From: a virus
Lineage: Duplodnaviria; Heunggongvirae; Uroviricota; Caudoviricetes
Length of the DNA stretch: 64,000 bases
IMG/VR virus record: IMGVR_UViG_3300037467_003075
Coordinates: 1-64,000 of that record
Direction: 5' to 3' (one strand)
Shown: one piece after another, positions 9,759 through 19,701 of the stretch
Numbering within the stretch: the stretch's first letter is position 1
How the letters are laid out: each line of letters begins with the position of its first letter
Translations under genes and position numbers: made by a program
Notes under the pieces: generated by a model
Databases searched by the model: none
Seen by the model: the letters and a program-made list of their open reading frames with translations, nothing else
Told to the model about the DNA's origin: nothing

Positions 9759-10133
9759 CTAATTTCCCTCTTCCCATTTAATATCTTCAATAACGAGGAT
9801 ATTGCCACGCTTCTCAATGATCTTATATTTCTGAGCGTCGATTACATAGTTAGGGTCTGTGATTTGAACTTCATGTATCTTTTTCGCAGGGACAGATTCA
9901 TATGTAAATCCGCTATGAAAAAAGCCAACACAAAACGATACTATGCACATAACAAAAAGAACTGGTGTTAGGGCAGCGAATGCGAATGGCCTCTTATGCT
10001 CCTTTTTCGCTAACGCCCACGCAATAGCCATGGCGAAAGCCAATATACCAAAGTAAATGGCTCCTGTTTTTGCCATAGTAGGCGAAAATACTGCATCAAT
10101 ACTAATCGTATTAAGAATTTCCATTTTTATCAT
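9759..10133 (-). CDS. membrane protein
   Basis: Two transmembrane helices followed by a soluble domain. Confidence 0.4.
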   Translation of the reverse strand: MIKMEILNTISIDAVFSPTMAKTGAIYFGILAFAMAIAWALAKKEHKRPFAFAALTPVLFVMCIVSFCVGFFHSGFTYESVPAKKIHEVQITDPNYVIDAQKYKIIEKRGNILVIEDIKWEEGN

Positions 10134-10373
10134 TTTCCCCTCTTATTGTTATTACAGTTACATATGCCGATGGCATTTCGTTGGTCATGCCAAAATTCAA
10201 AGCGTATTCTTGCTCGTTTTCTTTCTTCTTCTGGATTTGAACTATTATTGACTATTCTTACTTGCTCTAACATCTTTTGATGCATTTCGTGCCACTTACA
10301 TTCAGACAATATAATCGCCCCCATGTTAAATTATATCTGAATTATAACATAGAGGCGATTATTAATCAAGGAA

Positions 10374-10760
10374 TTACCATTGATAATTTTTTGATTTATT
10401 TCTTTCTTCTTTTCTTGCCATTATTTCTTCCGCGAAATTTTGCTTAATATATTTTTTGATATATAACACTGTAATTATGTAGCTGATTGGATTATTAATT
10501 TTCATACCAACGCCACCAAATTTATAAATGGAAGCGTGAATAAGGTTATCGGAAAAGTCATCGTGAAAAAGACTTCCGCTCCAACCACTATCGTATCTCC
10601 ATTTATACTTATTTAGTTCACTTATAAATTTCTTGTGGCTGGCCCACCCAGAAATCTTAGTCTCGCTTTTTGTCATGGTCAAGTGAGTAAGCCATACAGC
10701 AAGAAAACAAATTATTGCAATTACCAGGCCAATAGAGACAACCACGAACAAAGCCTCCAT
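10374..10760 (-). CDS. membrane-anchored protein
   Basis: N-terminal transmembrane helix. Confidence 0.4.
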   Translation of the reverse strand: MEALFVVVSIGLVIAIICFLAVWLTHLTMTKSETKISGWASHKKFISELNKYKWRYDSGWSGSLFHDDFSDNLIHASIYKFGGVGMKINNPISYIITVLYIKKYIKQNFAEEIMARKEERNKSKNYQW

Positions 10761-10771
10761 ATATATCCTCC

Positions 10772-11644
10772 TTATACTACTGCTTCAATTTTTACTTCAT
10801 CAAGTTTGTTTTCCAAGTAGCGATATGCACTATTCCTGTAAGGCTCAATGTACTGCTCCATACCAAGAGCCTCAAAGAATTTATTGCAGATATTGCCAAT
10901 AGTTTCCTGAGAATAAATCTCTTTGAGGATAAACTCAAGTTGTTCTACAGTAGAATTTTTGACTAGATTGACGATAGCAAGGGACATCATTGCCTGGCCG
11001 ATAAGTTCTTCAACACCACCTACTGCGTGGAAAAGCCTGTATTCAACAGTAGAATAGTTGCTCCCAAGAACATTCATCCATTGATATTTCCCATTCCATA
11101 TTGCATGACGATAGTAACCGTGACTATCTTTACCTTTTATTGAACGGGCATAATTATTAAGATATGTCTGCAATTCGTAGCTGTCTGATGGAGCGTTGTT
11201 CCAGTCGATTCCTTTCACCTTGCTGTTTTTGCGGAAAATCGACCTCCAACCTTTTGAAATATCACAGCAATAATCATTTCCGATGCGGTAATCTTCAACG
11301 AACAGGAAGATAATTTTCTCAATTCCTTTCCCGAAACGAAGTAGCTTTACCTTATCAAGTCCCGTAAAATCGCTGATATCGACATGGATATGTGTTCCAG
11401 CTCGATCATCCGTTCCCCATCCACAGTGTTGCATGTCTTTCCATGTTTCATACAATGGAAACAAGTCAGTCATTGGCTTCGTTCGCAGTTCTACGCCGTA
11501 TGGCTCAAGATCATCTTCCCACTCGTAGTTTTCAAGGCTACCGTCTTGACCAATGCTTACACCAGCAATCTCGATTGACTTTGGATAATCATCCAAATAT
11601 CCTTCCATCTCAATCCCGATCTTGCGATTTGTTATTAATTCCAT
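10772..11644 (-). CDS. GS-like amidoligase (Amidoligase_2 family), paralog 1
   Basis: IGIEMEGY ... QDGSL ... YGVELRTKP ... GTHIHVD ... WMNVLGSNYSTVEYRLF; these motifs recur in four other ORFs. Confidence 0.6.
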   Translation of the reverse strand: MELITNRKIGIEMEGYLDDYPKSIEIAGVSIGQDGSLENYEWEDDLEPYGVELRTKPMTDLFPLYETWKDMQHCGWGTDDRAGTHIHVDISDFTGLDKVKLLRFGKGIEKIIFLFVEDYRIGNDYCCDISKGWRSIFRKNSKVKGIDWNNAPSDSYELQTYLNNYARSIKGKDSHGYYRHAIWNGKYQWMNVLGSNYSTVEYRLFHAVGGVEELIGQAMMSLAIVNLVKNSTVEQLEFILKEIYSQETIGNICNKFFEALGMEQYIEPYRNSAYRYLENKLDEVKIEAVV

Positions 11645-11654
11645 TTAAAAATCT

Positions 11655-11700
11655 CTCCCATAATAGTAGTTGTTTTATACTTGAATTATAAGCGGTACTT
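11655..11700 (-). promoter_or_regulatory. sigma-A-type promoter (TTGACA ... TTATAAT) upstream of amidoligase paralog 1
   Basis: rc: cTTGACAaatttagcaagtaccgcTTATAATtcaagtataaaac. Confidence 0.45.
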
Positions 11701-11717
11701 GCTAAATTTGTCAAGGT

Positions 11718-12056
11718 TTATTTTTCAGTAATTGATTCGATATAATTCCCGAACTGTGTACTATCCTCAACTGTAACTTCAATGTTATATTTTTTGTCTT
11801 TTACAAAAATATTTTCGTATTTAGAAGGTGCTGGACTATCGCCAAGTGCGATTTTATTTCCACTTTCATTCGTGAATACAAAAATTTCACTATTCCTGAT
11901 TATATAGTGTTCTCCTTGATAAGTAAGATTTTTATAAACAATTGTTTTTCCACATCCAGTCAATAGAATAAACGTAAACACGATTAAGATGGATAACACG
12001 ATTTTTTTCATTATAATTTCCTCCTTAAATTTCAGGGAGAATGGTATAATTTTCAT
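11718..12056 (-). CDS. lipoprotein
   Basis: Signal peptide plus lipobox LLTGC. Confidence 0.5.
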   Translation of the reverse strand: MKIIPFSLKFKEEIIMKKIVLSILIVFTFILLTGCGKTIVYKNLTYQGEHYIIRNSEIFVFTNESGNKIALGDSPAPSKYENIFVKDKKYNIEVTVEDSTQFGNYIESITEK

Positions 12057-12083
12057 TCTCCCTGATTATAATATAAGTATAGA

Positions 12084-12971
12084 TTATTTCTTTGTGGTAT
12101 CAGTTGATTGAACCTGTACTAAAATTCCCCCACCATTGCCACCAGAAACTACTTGAGAATTTTGGCCATTCCATTTCTCGATAGCTTTCATCTGAATCAA
12201 TTCTGGTGTAATGGATTGTTGCAATTCCTTGTTGGCTTTTGCCTGGCCTTGAGCAGCGATAAGAGCAGCGTCTGCTTCGCCCTGTGCGGCTACACGCTTT
12301 GTCTGTGCCGTAATCTCTGCCTGTTTCTGTTCCATTTCAAGCTTCTGCAAGGCAAGCTGCGCGTCTACATTCGCCTGAATCGATTTTAATGTGCTGTCAT
12401 CCGCATGAATTGTGCCAAGAGAAAACTCGTCTAAAATAATACCGTCTGGTTCAAGAGATTTTGCCAGGTCATCTCGTACTTTGGCGTTGATCTCAGGAAC
12501 TTTGGAACCGTACAATTCAAATACTGTGTACCCAGAAGTCACGGTGCGAACAGATTTCTGTAATTCTGTTTTAATCCAGCCTTTCTCGATGGTAGCGACT
12601 GGTACGCCACGATACTTGTTGTAGATTTCAGGAAGCTTGTCTGGTAGCATGTGGTACGAATAACGGGCATCTACCGTAATCGATTTGCCCTCGTTGGTCA
12701 CTGTCGGAAATGACTGGTCAGTACCGTCTCCCTCTTTCCCATCCTTGCTCAAGTAAACAGTTTCCTTGGAGATTGGATACTCGATAACCTTTTTCCAAAA
12801 CCACACCGTATGTCTACCCTGTGACAAAACACGGTCTTCTAGACCACCGCTCCAATTGATTACGAGTCCAGCATGACCAGGGCTTACATTATAAGTATTT
12901 GCAAAATAGCCTCCAATTCCCAGAAGAATAACTACTCCTACAAGAATTGCGCCTTTTTTAAACCAATTCAT
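12084..12971 (-). CDS. SPFH/band-7 (prohibitin/HflKC-like) membrane protein
   Basis: N-terminal transmembrane helix, SPFH-like core, C-terminal A/Q-rich coiled coil. Confidence 0.65.
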   Translation of the reverse strand: MNWFKKGAILVGVVILLGIGGYFANTYNVSPGHAGLVINWSGGLEDRVLSQGRHTVWFWKKVIEYPISKETVYLSKDGKEGDGTDQSFPTVTNEGKSITVDARYSYHMLPDKLPEIYNKYRGVPVATIEKGWIKTELQKSVRTVTSGYTVFELYGSKVPEINAKVRDDLAKSLEPDGIILDEFSLGTIHADDSTLKSIQANVDAQLALQKLEMEQKQAEITAQTKRVAAQGEADAALIAAQGQAKANKELQQSITPELIQMKAIEKWNGQNSQVVSGGNGGGILVQVQSTDTTKK

Positions 12972-13191
12972 TTTTAAATATCTCTCCCATTGTCTTTATA
13001 TTCTTCGAACGGCCTTGTAGCACGTTCAATAAATTTCCCTATCCTTTTAAACCATCTTGCTAGGCCGATAAAAAGCAACCCTCCTATAATTAATGCAAAA
13101 ATGACCATCATTACAAGCAAGTCACATCATCCTCTCGTTTATCTTATGCTTATATTATAAGTTAATATAAACCAATAGTCAAGGATAAACG

Positions 13192-13452
13192 CTAAAATAT
13201 TTTTGCAAGGCTATAGCTTTTTACCCTTTTGCACATAATCGCAATTCCCCCGCCAGGTAGATACGCTACATCGCGCACAAGAAGAAGACCAAGCTTTGCG
13301 ATATCAAGATACTGCTGTTCTTCTATGTTCTCTAATATGCGCTGAACGGAAGGGGAGCCGAGATTTTTAATCTTGTAGCACTCAAGGTCATAGTCTTGGA
13401 TTTCTTGATTGTAAGCAGGGACGGCAATTGTAGCGTCTAAAAATATACCCAT
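13192..13452 (-). CDS. hypothetical protein
   Basis: 86 aa ORF. Confidence 0.3.
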   Translation of the reverse strand: MGIFLDATIAVPAYNQEIQDYDLECYKIKNLGSPSVQRILENIEEQQYLDIAKLGLLLVRDVAYLPGGGIAIMCKRVKSYSLAKIF

Positions 13453-13454
13453 AA

Positions 13455-13733
13455 TTATCGTTCCTTTCCATGATTGGATACCTCATAGTACAAAATATGA
13501 TACATAAGATTTAGATACAGTCTTTTCTCCGCCTCGTTTCGTTGCGAGTACCCATTCAATAAGAATGATTCCCATTCTTTAATTATTGGATATGTTGAAG
13601 AATCTAATGTTAGACTGTATCCATGCAACAAATCACGATTGAAAGATTCCCTAAAATAAAAGCTAGTATTAATCTCGCGTAACAACCTAAGTTCTTCTGG
13701 TGTTAGACTAATTATAATTTTAGATGCTATCAT
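13455..13733 (-). CDS. hypothetical protein
   Basis: 92 aa ORF. Confidence 0.3.
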   Translation of the reverse strand: MIASKIIISLTPEELRLLREINTSFYFRESFNRDLLHGYSLTLDSSTYPIIKEWESFLLNGYSQRNEAEKRLYLNLMYHILYYEVSNHGKER

Positions 13734-14122
13734 TTGTTCTCCTCCAATATAGAACGAGCAAAAGTGCCTCCATCAACATGCATATTACTTGAGCCATCTA
13801 CCATACCAACCCAATTTACATCATCTGCATAAAATTTTAACCCATCTCGGTATCGCGCTTCTCTTTCTCGTAATGATTGAAGTTCGACTTCAAGCTGCAT
13901 ATGACTCTCGCGCCATTTCTCTCGATTCAGAAATAAGTCTTCTAGCGCGCCTTTCAGCTGTTCAATTTCCTTCGCTTGTGCTTGGTTCTCGTCTAGCAAT
14001 TGAATGGCTTTTGAAACTGCGTAATACGCTATGCCATATTGCTCATTGTCCCATTCATGAGTAGACTCAAGCTTTTCTTTTCTCTTGGTCAGTTCTTCTC
14101 TAAGTCTTTGGTAGGCATCCAT
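13730..14122 (-). CDS. hypothetical coiled-coil protein
   Basis: 130 aa, heptad-rich. Confidence 0.35.
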   Translation of the reverse strand: MDAYQRLREELTKRKEKLESTHEWDNEQYGIAYYAVSKAIQLLDENQAQAKEIEQLKGALEDLFLNREKWRESHMQLEVELQSLREREARYRDGLKFYADDVNWVGMVDGSSNMHVDGGTFARSILEENK

Positions 14123-14547
14123 TGTTTATTGGCCTCCTTATGAGTAGAAATTAAATAATGTGCAGTATCAGCAATCCATCCATGACTAGGCAAATGGAAT
14201 CCAGTGGTGCCGTCGAAATCTGTAAACTCTTTAGCAAATTCCACTTGACCAGCAATTTCAGGATATTGTTGTTGCAGTGCAACCAGCTGGTATGCCCATT
14301 CATCGAATTGTTTATCGCTTATGATTGAAGTGCCGAACCGATAGTAAATACAAGAATGAACTAGCATCTGTTTGCGGCGGCGGAGAATAAGAGAGGAGAT
14401 ATATGCATAATATTCATCAAAATCTGGTGTTCCATCACCCCACGTTCCAAATGTAAGCTTGCAATCTCTACACCACAGTTCACATCCTCCGTCATGTGCT
14501 GTCATGGGTTTATTGCACGATGGACAATTATGGGTTTGCACTAGCAA
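14089..14547 (-). CDS. hypothetical zinc-ribbon protein
   Basis: N-terminal CPSC...CRDC. Confidence 0.4.
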   Translation of the reverse strand: MLVQTHNCPSCNKPMTAHDGGCELWCRDCKLTFGTWGDGTPDFDEYYAYISSLILRRRKQMLVHSCIYYRFGTSIISDKQFDEWAYQLVALQQQYPEIAGQVEFAKEFTDFDGTTGFHLPSHGWIADTAHYLISTHKEANKQWMPTKDLEKN

Positions 14548-14824
14548 TCACTTCCTGTATTGTTATAAGTGCCTTTTCAATTTCAGCATTTCTTTTGTCT
14601 ATGCGGTAATCATACAGCATGGTACACTTCACAATTGCAGCAAAATTTTTAGCGTCTAAAATAATAGTATCCATCACAAGTAAACCTAAATTGGTGATCT
14701 CAAGATTAAGCGGAATGCCTGTTTGTCTACTTTCCTTGATACGGGAAAGTAATTCACCTTCTTTTGGATTCCGGACTAAAAATCGCTCACTGTTATCGAT
14801 ATCCAGATATATCTTAGCTGCCAA
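14528..14824 (-). CDS. hypothetical protein
   Basis: 98 aa ORF. Confidence 0.35.
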   Translation of the reverse strand: MAAKIYLDIDNSERFLVRNPKEGELLSRIKESRQTGIPLNLEITNLGLLVMDTIILDAKNFAAIVKCTMLYDYRIDKRNAEIEKALITIQEVIASANP

Positions 14825-15458
14825 TTTTTGAGCCCTCCGTTTCCTTGTAAAGATCGTAGCATTTTTTAATCATCCACAGGTGCGGCTCAATCGCTGTTTT
14901 GGCGGAAAAGAAATAAGACGCATATCGCGGATACAGATTCCTGCATTCCTTAAAAAATGGAATAAAAAAAATTTCAGTTTCCACGGCTTGTTTGTATTGT
15001 TTCTCAATTGTCGCATCGCGCAGTGTACTAAAATTGTGCTTACGGTCTGCTGTTTTAACTAGGGCGGCATCACGATTTGATTTGATCGCTTCAAGATATA
15101 ATAATAGATTTTCTAGTACCTTATAATCGACTCCTTTTTTCTTTGTCACCAGGTCAACTGCAACTGCTACTCGTGAACCAAATTTATTTTCAATCATCTT
15201 AATAGTTACGCCATCAACATCTTCTGCCATATCGTGAAGTAGTGTGGCTACAACCACTGCTTCGTCACGGATACCGTAATTCAGAATGTCTTGGGCGGCA
15301 TCAATCGGATGTGTGTAATAGTTGGAGCCATCGTGACGAACGAATCCTTTGCTTGCGTTCATTTCATCCACAAGCCAATCCATAGCACGTAATGCATCAT
15401 TAAATCCAAGAAGCGACAAGCTATTTTCGAAGAATCTTACTCTACTTTCTCCTGCCAT
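14814..15458 (-). CDS. small alarmone hydrolase (RelA/SpoT-type HD domain, Mesh1/SAH-like)
   Basis: HP..AAQDIL.YG.RDEAVVVATLLHDMAEDVDGVT...FG.RVA..VDLVTKKK...KT ADRKHNFSTL is the classic (p)ppGpp-hydrolase HD signature. No synthetase domain is present. Confidence 0.65.
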   Translation of the reverse strand: MAGESRVRFFENSLSLLGFNDALRAMDWLVDEMNASKGFVRHDGSNYYTHPIDAAQDILNYGIRDEAVVVATLLHDMAEDVDGVTIKMIENKFGSRVAVAVDLVTKKKGVDYKVLENLLLYLEAIKSNRDAALVKTADRKHNFSTLRDATIEKQYKQAVETEIFFIPFFKECRNLYPRYASYFFSAKTAIEPHLWMIKKCYDLYKETEGSKIGS

Positions 15459-15464
15459 TTTTAG

Positions 15465-15680
15465 TCACTCTCCATTAATTAGTTTGTCTGCCATCTCAAT
15501 AAGGCTATTAATATTAGCCAAAATTCCTTCAAGCTTCTCTGCTTTATCAATATTATTTTTTATCAGGTAAAATCCAATAGCAACTAAATCCATTGATGTA
15601 TAACCGTTTTCTCGTTTTTCTTCTTCTAGGCAAAGTGCCTCCATACGGAAAGCCTCTTTTTGATATTCATTAAGTGACAT
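15465..15680 (-). CDS. hypothetical protein
   Basis: 71 aa ORF. Confidence 0.3.
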   Translation of the reverse strand: MSLNEYQKEAFRMEALCLEEEKRENGYTSMDLVAIGFYLIKNNIDKAEKLEGILANINSLIEMADKLINGE

Positions 15681-15861
15681 TATTAAGCGCCTCCCTTAAA
15701 TTATAAATCTTGTTCCACAATTCACTGCATTTATTCCAGTTGCTTCCAGACTGCTCTTCTAATTCTTTAATTCTGTCGCTTAAGTGCGATAGCTCCCAGA
15801 CGATATCGTTAAGTATGTCGCATAGCATATCATGACTATCCACTAGTCATAGCCTCCTCTC

Positions 15862-16161
15862 TTATTCGCCGCTAAAATTCTCAAGGTATTTAATGTCATC
15901 ACTATTTAAAACCAATTCGGAACAATCTTCGCGTCTATAAATATATAATCCTCTACCACTAGGGCCGCGACAACAGCCTCTAGCACACAAAGCAACCCAT
16001 TCTTCTTCTGTACGAAACCACTTCCAAGCGTGTGCGTAGAATCTGCCATTAAGTAACGCCCTAGCGATATTGCAAGCATCAATAAATTCGATTCCGTATT
16101 CTTTACGTAAGTGTTTAGCAAGTTTATTAATACGTTTCTTCTTGAGTTTCTTCTTGGTCAC
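15862..16161 (-). CDS. hypothetical basic protein
   Basis: 99 aa, Lys-rich N-terminus. Confidence 0.35.
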   Translation of the reverse strand: MTKKKLKKKRINKLAKHLRKEYGIEFIDACNIARALLNGRFYAHAWKWFRTEEEWVALCARGCCRGPSGRGLYIYRREDCSELVLNSDDIKYLENFSGE

Positions 16162-16207
16162 AATCCATCACTCCTTTGTCATATAGTTATATTATAACCC
16201 AATTATA

Positions 16208-16242
16208 AGAAAAAAGGGGTAAAAAGTCAACCCCTTTTATCG
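16208..16242 (-). terminator. rho-independent terminator (minus strand)
   Basis: rc: AAAAGGGG-ttgactttttac-CCCTTTTTT. Confidence 0.5.
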
Positions 16243-16482
16243 ATTAATTTCGTATGCTTCCAAGAATTTTTCAAGTAAGGGCATCGTTGGCTGATCTTCG
16301 TCTTTTTCTATTGTAAAGTTCCATCCGTCCACTTTATAGCTCTTAGACGGATTATCGAACTCAGACACAACATAGTTATTGTCACCTAGCCATTTGACCA
16401 CCATTACCCGAATTGTGTGAGGAACCCTATCCTTTTCGAAATACAGTGCTGTCTTTCCTACTGTTTGTTCGGGCTTGTGCAT
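16237..16482 (-). CDS. hypothetical protein
   Basis: 81 aa ORF followed by a rho-independent terminator. Confidence 0.35.
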   Translation of the reverse strand: MHKPEQTVGKTALYFEKDRVPHTIRVMVVKWLGDNNYVVSEFDNPSKSYKVDGWNFTIEKDEDQPTMPLLEKFLEAYEINR

Positions 16483-16494
16483 TTTACTTCCTCC

Positions 16495-17049
16495 TTATAG
16501 TACTTCTTTTCGAATGTTTGCGATGAACTCTTTTAAAGCTTCCTCGACAAAGGCATTTTGCGTCATGTCAAGGTATTCTTTGCCGCGATATTTTTCCAAC
16601 TCATCCTTCACGGCCCTGTCAATACGGATATTGAGCTGTACCGTATCCTTTGCTTCTTCCTCCACCGTTTCTACTGGCCTCGGTGTACCAACGGCGAACT
16701 CGTAGTTGTTAAATTCTTTGACCTCGCCTACACGATTGACAAACATGATACGCCATTTGGCATCTGTCATAGGGCCAATAACAGCTTCCAGCTCACGGCG
16801 GCTAATCTTAATGTAGGGAGCTGAAAGAACATATGCATCGTCTGTCTCTACTAGTTGAGCATTGTTGACACCCGCCATCGCGTTAACAAGCCGCTTAGGA
16901 TAATTTTTGCGAAAACTAACAGAAGCAAATCCGTCAGAAATTTGGATATTTGGCTCTTTGCTGATAACAGGAGCCACTGCACCTTCAGTTTGTTGCCCGC
17001 CACCTTGCACTAATGTCAATTCGCTTACTGTTTTACCCATGATTATCAA
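16495..17049 (-). CDS. hypothetical protein with C-terminal ribbon-helix-helix-like region
   Basis: C-terminal LNIRIDRAVKDELEKY resembles a CopG/Arc ribbon-helix-helix. Confidence 0.4.
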   Translation of the reverse strand: MIIMGKTVSELTLVQGGGQQTEGAVAPVISKEPNIQISDGFASVSFRKNYPKRLVNAMAGVNNAQLVETDDAYVLSAPYIKISRRELEAVIGPMTDAKWRIMFVNRVGEVKEFNNYEFAVGTPRPVETVEEEAKDTVQLNIRIDRAVKDELEKYRGKEYLDMTQNAFVEEALKEFIANIRKEVL

Positions 17050-17108
17050 ATCTCCTTCGCTTTGTTTTTTTTCGACTTATGTTATCATTATATGCAAGCT
17101 AGCTTGTT

Positions 17109-17330
17109 TTATACATCTGTGCTAGCACTTTTTTTATTTTTTCTTTTGTCTATCCATTGATTTATAAACACATACGACACCATGCCAATAGAAAGAAACA
17201 GTAGTCCGCTATATCCCTCTTCTTTATATAGCGTTGAAGCTCCTGCTAATATTGCAAAAACCACAGCAACACAACAAATAAATAACAGTGACGACCAAAA
17301 AAATTTTTTCATCTTAAATGAGCCTCCCAT
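17109..17330 (-). CDS. small membrane protein
   Basis: Two hydrophobic segments. Confidence 0.3.
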   Translation of the reverse strand: MGGSFKMKKFFWSSLLFICCVAVVFAILAGASTLYKEEGYSGLLFLSIGMVSYVFINQWIDKRKNKKSASTDV

Positions 17331-17958
17331 CTTGTACTCCCTTTTCTCTTGCTTCCTTGTCGTTGTTACTTGCTACCCCATTGCTCCTTGTATATTTTAA
17401 CCTCATCCGTTCAACCTCTTTTATAACCGCTTCATCGTAGGATATAACAATTGATTTATCGTTCGATTTCTGCTCAGCAAATTTGTCGCGCAAACCTTCA
17501 ATGAATCCAAAAATATAATCATTTCTGCTACCGCGGCTTTGTTTTAAAGCTTTCATGTGCTGCTCAATTCTGCTTACGGCAAATTCAAATACCCCCTTGG
17601 CAAGTTCAACGTCACCTTCTAGTCCTACAAGCATAATTGTTGTACCACCGTGTGTTGTGTGAGTATACATAAAACATCTAAAATTAGACGCTACTACGCT
17701 TGCCAGTGCCTTTTTCCATAGCTCTGTTCTTCCCCAATCAGAAATAACAGAGTGGACAATTTTCTTTTCTTCCTTCTCAGCTAAGTCATCAGCCGAAATG
17801 TCATATTTAAACATCAGCTCTTGCGCCTTAAGCATGGAGGCCACTGCTTCCCCCATGCTTGTGTTATTTTCGGCAAGAGCCAGGCACTTTTTAACGATTT
17901 CGACTGCGCGTTTCTTGTTCATTTGTTCTTTCCACCGCCTCTGCATGCCCTTGAACAC
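17314..17958 (-). CDS. DUF2786-like protein
   Basis: N-terminal IVKKCLALAENNTSMGEAVASMLKAQELMFKY matches the DUF2786 signature. Confidence 0.45.
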   Translation of the reverse strand: MFKGMQRRWKEQMNKKRAVEIVKKCLALAENNTSMGEAVASMLKAQELMFKYDISADDLAEKEEKKIVHSVISDWGRTELWKKALASVVASNFRCFMYTHTTHGGTTIMLVGLEGDVELAKGVFEFAVSRIEQHMKALKQSRGSRNDYIFGFIEGLRDKFAEQKSNDKSIVISYDEAVIKEVERMRLKYTRSNGVASNNDKEAREKGVQDGRLI

Positions 17959-18403
17959 TATAATTAACCTTCGGCGATCTTGCTCCTACGTCAAATGATG
18001 GATTATAAATACTATTCCCACTAATAATACGATGTGTTTCAAGCTCCCTTATCATATCAGAGAATGTTTTTTTTCTAAGACTCGCCATAGACCGCTCAGG
18101 GTCTACTTGTACAACCATTTTTTCATACCATCCATTATCAATATCTTCTTGTAGCATAACAAATGTATAGTTGCCATGCTTTACCCTTGCAAATACAATA
18201 TTCGTGCCGTTAGCAGCGACATAGACAGCCATAATTTCCCCTCTTTCTTCTTTGGCCGCCTGATTGTTTTTCTCCCAGGTTTCGTTGTCAACATTGCCCC
18301 AGTATTTTTTCTTGTACATGTTCCACATCGTATTAAGTTCTTGATCGTCAAATTGGAATCTTGATGCCAAATCAGAGTAGTGCTTTCTCCCATAGTTAAA
18401 CAT
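17891..18403 (-). CDS. hypothetical protein
   Basis: 170 aa ORF. Confidence 0.35.
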   Translation of the reverse strand: MFNYGRKHYSDLASRFQFDDQELNTMWNMYKKKYWGNVDNETWEKNNQAAKEERGEIMAVYVAANGTNIVFARVKHGNYTFVMLQEDIDNGWYEKMVVQVDPERSMASLRKKTFSDMIRELETHRIISGNSIYNPSFDVGARSPKVNYSVQGHAEAVERTNEQETRSRNR

Positions 18404-18465
18404 AGTTTAATCTCTCCCTGTAAATTTAGTATTATAATTATAATATAAGAATAGCCGTGTGTCAA

Positions 18466-18762
18466 TCACATTTCATATCTTTCAGTCATCCCTGAATCAA
18501 ATGCTTTTACGATTAACTCATTAATGAGTCCCTGGTAATCTGCTTTTCCGTGTTCAGCTAGTAAATTCCTGATTTCTTTTTGACTGACGATATTTAGGTT
18601 ATTGTCTAATTTTTGACCAATAACAGCTTCTGGCGGAAAACGATAAAAGTAAAAGCTTGTTCCCTTCTCGTTATAGAGAACAACGTCAATATTACCCTCT
18701 ATGACCTCGATAATTTTTTCCCCGTTAGCATATCCCCGTTTGAACATAACGACAACTCCCAT
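18466..18762 (-). CDS. hypothetical protein
   Basis: 98 aa ORF. Confidence 0.35.
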   Translation of the reverse strand: MGVVVMFKRGYANGEKIIEVIEGNIDVVLYNEKGTSFYFYRFPPEAVIGQKLDNNLNIVSQKEIRNLLAEHGKADYQGLINELIVKAFDSGMTERYEM

Positions 18763-18770
18763 GAAGTTTA

Positions 18771-19379
18771 TTAGCCTACTACTTTTTCCTTTTTAAGATA
18801 GCTCCCATTTGCTTTTTCGAACGCGGCCTCTAGCGCGGTCAGTTCCCTTGGATAATACTTCCTTGTTTCGATGGCTTCCTTAATTTTTCCCACATTTGAG
18901 GCAATGCTTTGCAAATGCTTAGTAAGCTGCTTGTTGCCTTTGGCAAACTCATACAATTCCTTGCATTGTTCCAAGAAATTTTTACAAATTCTTCGCTTCT
19001 GCCTTACTTCCCTTAACTCATCGAAAAGACTGTTTTTCTCTTCTTCTGTCAGTTCAGCCATCTCAACCGCATGCAGGATATCTTGTGTGATCTTATCAAA
19101 TGCCTCCAAGTCAGACACCGCAATTTCATATAGGGCAGCTGCTCCACTAAAAACATTGATTGCCTTAGATATCTCAACGGACGGCGAAAAATTCATATAT
19201 GAAAATTTGATTTTATCGTATTTTTTATTGTCTGATTTTCTTTTGGCACTCTCATACACAGGGTCAAATATTTGACTAATTTTAATTAGCCGTTCCTTGT
19301 TTTCATCTGACATGCTTGAATCAGCAAGCATTAAATCAAGAGATTCCTTTACATATAGCACTTCTTGGTCAGTCATCAC
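18771..19379 (-). CDS. hypothetical helical protein
   Basis: 202 aa ORF. Confidence 0.4.
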   Translation of the reverse strand: MMTDQEVLYVKESLDLMLADSSMSDENKERLIKISQIFDPVYESAKRKSDNKKYDKIKFSYMNFSPSVEISKAINVFSGAAALYEIAVSDLEAFDKITQDILHAVEMAELTEEEKNSLFDELREVRQKRRICKNFLEQCKELYEFAKGNKQLTKHLQSIASNVGKIKEAIETRKYYPRELTALEAAFEKANGSYLKKEKVVG

Positions 19380-19699
19380 GCATCACTCCTTGGTTTTAGT
19401 CCATGATTCCATTTGATGTCAAACCCTCTCTCAAGGGCATTTGCCAATAATCTTTCTTTATTCCCTACCAACCAGCGCTGCGCCTTGTATTCATCCTTAA
19501 GAAAATTGCATAGCTTAATAAACTTGCCGTCAACATCGGAGACAAAGCACACAATAATGCGGCATCCTTTGTGCGCCGCGACAAAGCAGTTTAAATGCTT
19601 TGCCATGAGTCTAATATTAGGTATTGGAACCGTCTTCTTTAGAATCGGCCCAGAGTCGGGTCTGGTTGTGTAACAAAAAGTGTAGTAAATTTTAGCCAT
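19376..19699 (-). CDS. hypothetical protein
   Basis: 107 aa ORF. Confidence 0.35.
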   Translation of the reverse strand: MAKIYYTFCYTTRPDSGPILKKTVPIPNIRLMAKHLNCFVAAHKGCRIIVCFVSDVDGKFIKLCNFLKDEYKAQRWLVGNKERLLANALERGFDIKWNHGLKPRSDA

Positions 19700-19701
19700 T
19701 A

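Noticed and set aside
12000-12062. 12-bp hairpin TCAGGGAGAATG ... CATTCTCCCTGA as a terminator
   Set aside because: No T-run follows on either strand. It lies in the 5' leader of the lipoprotein gene, so it is more likely a leader structure.
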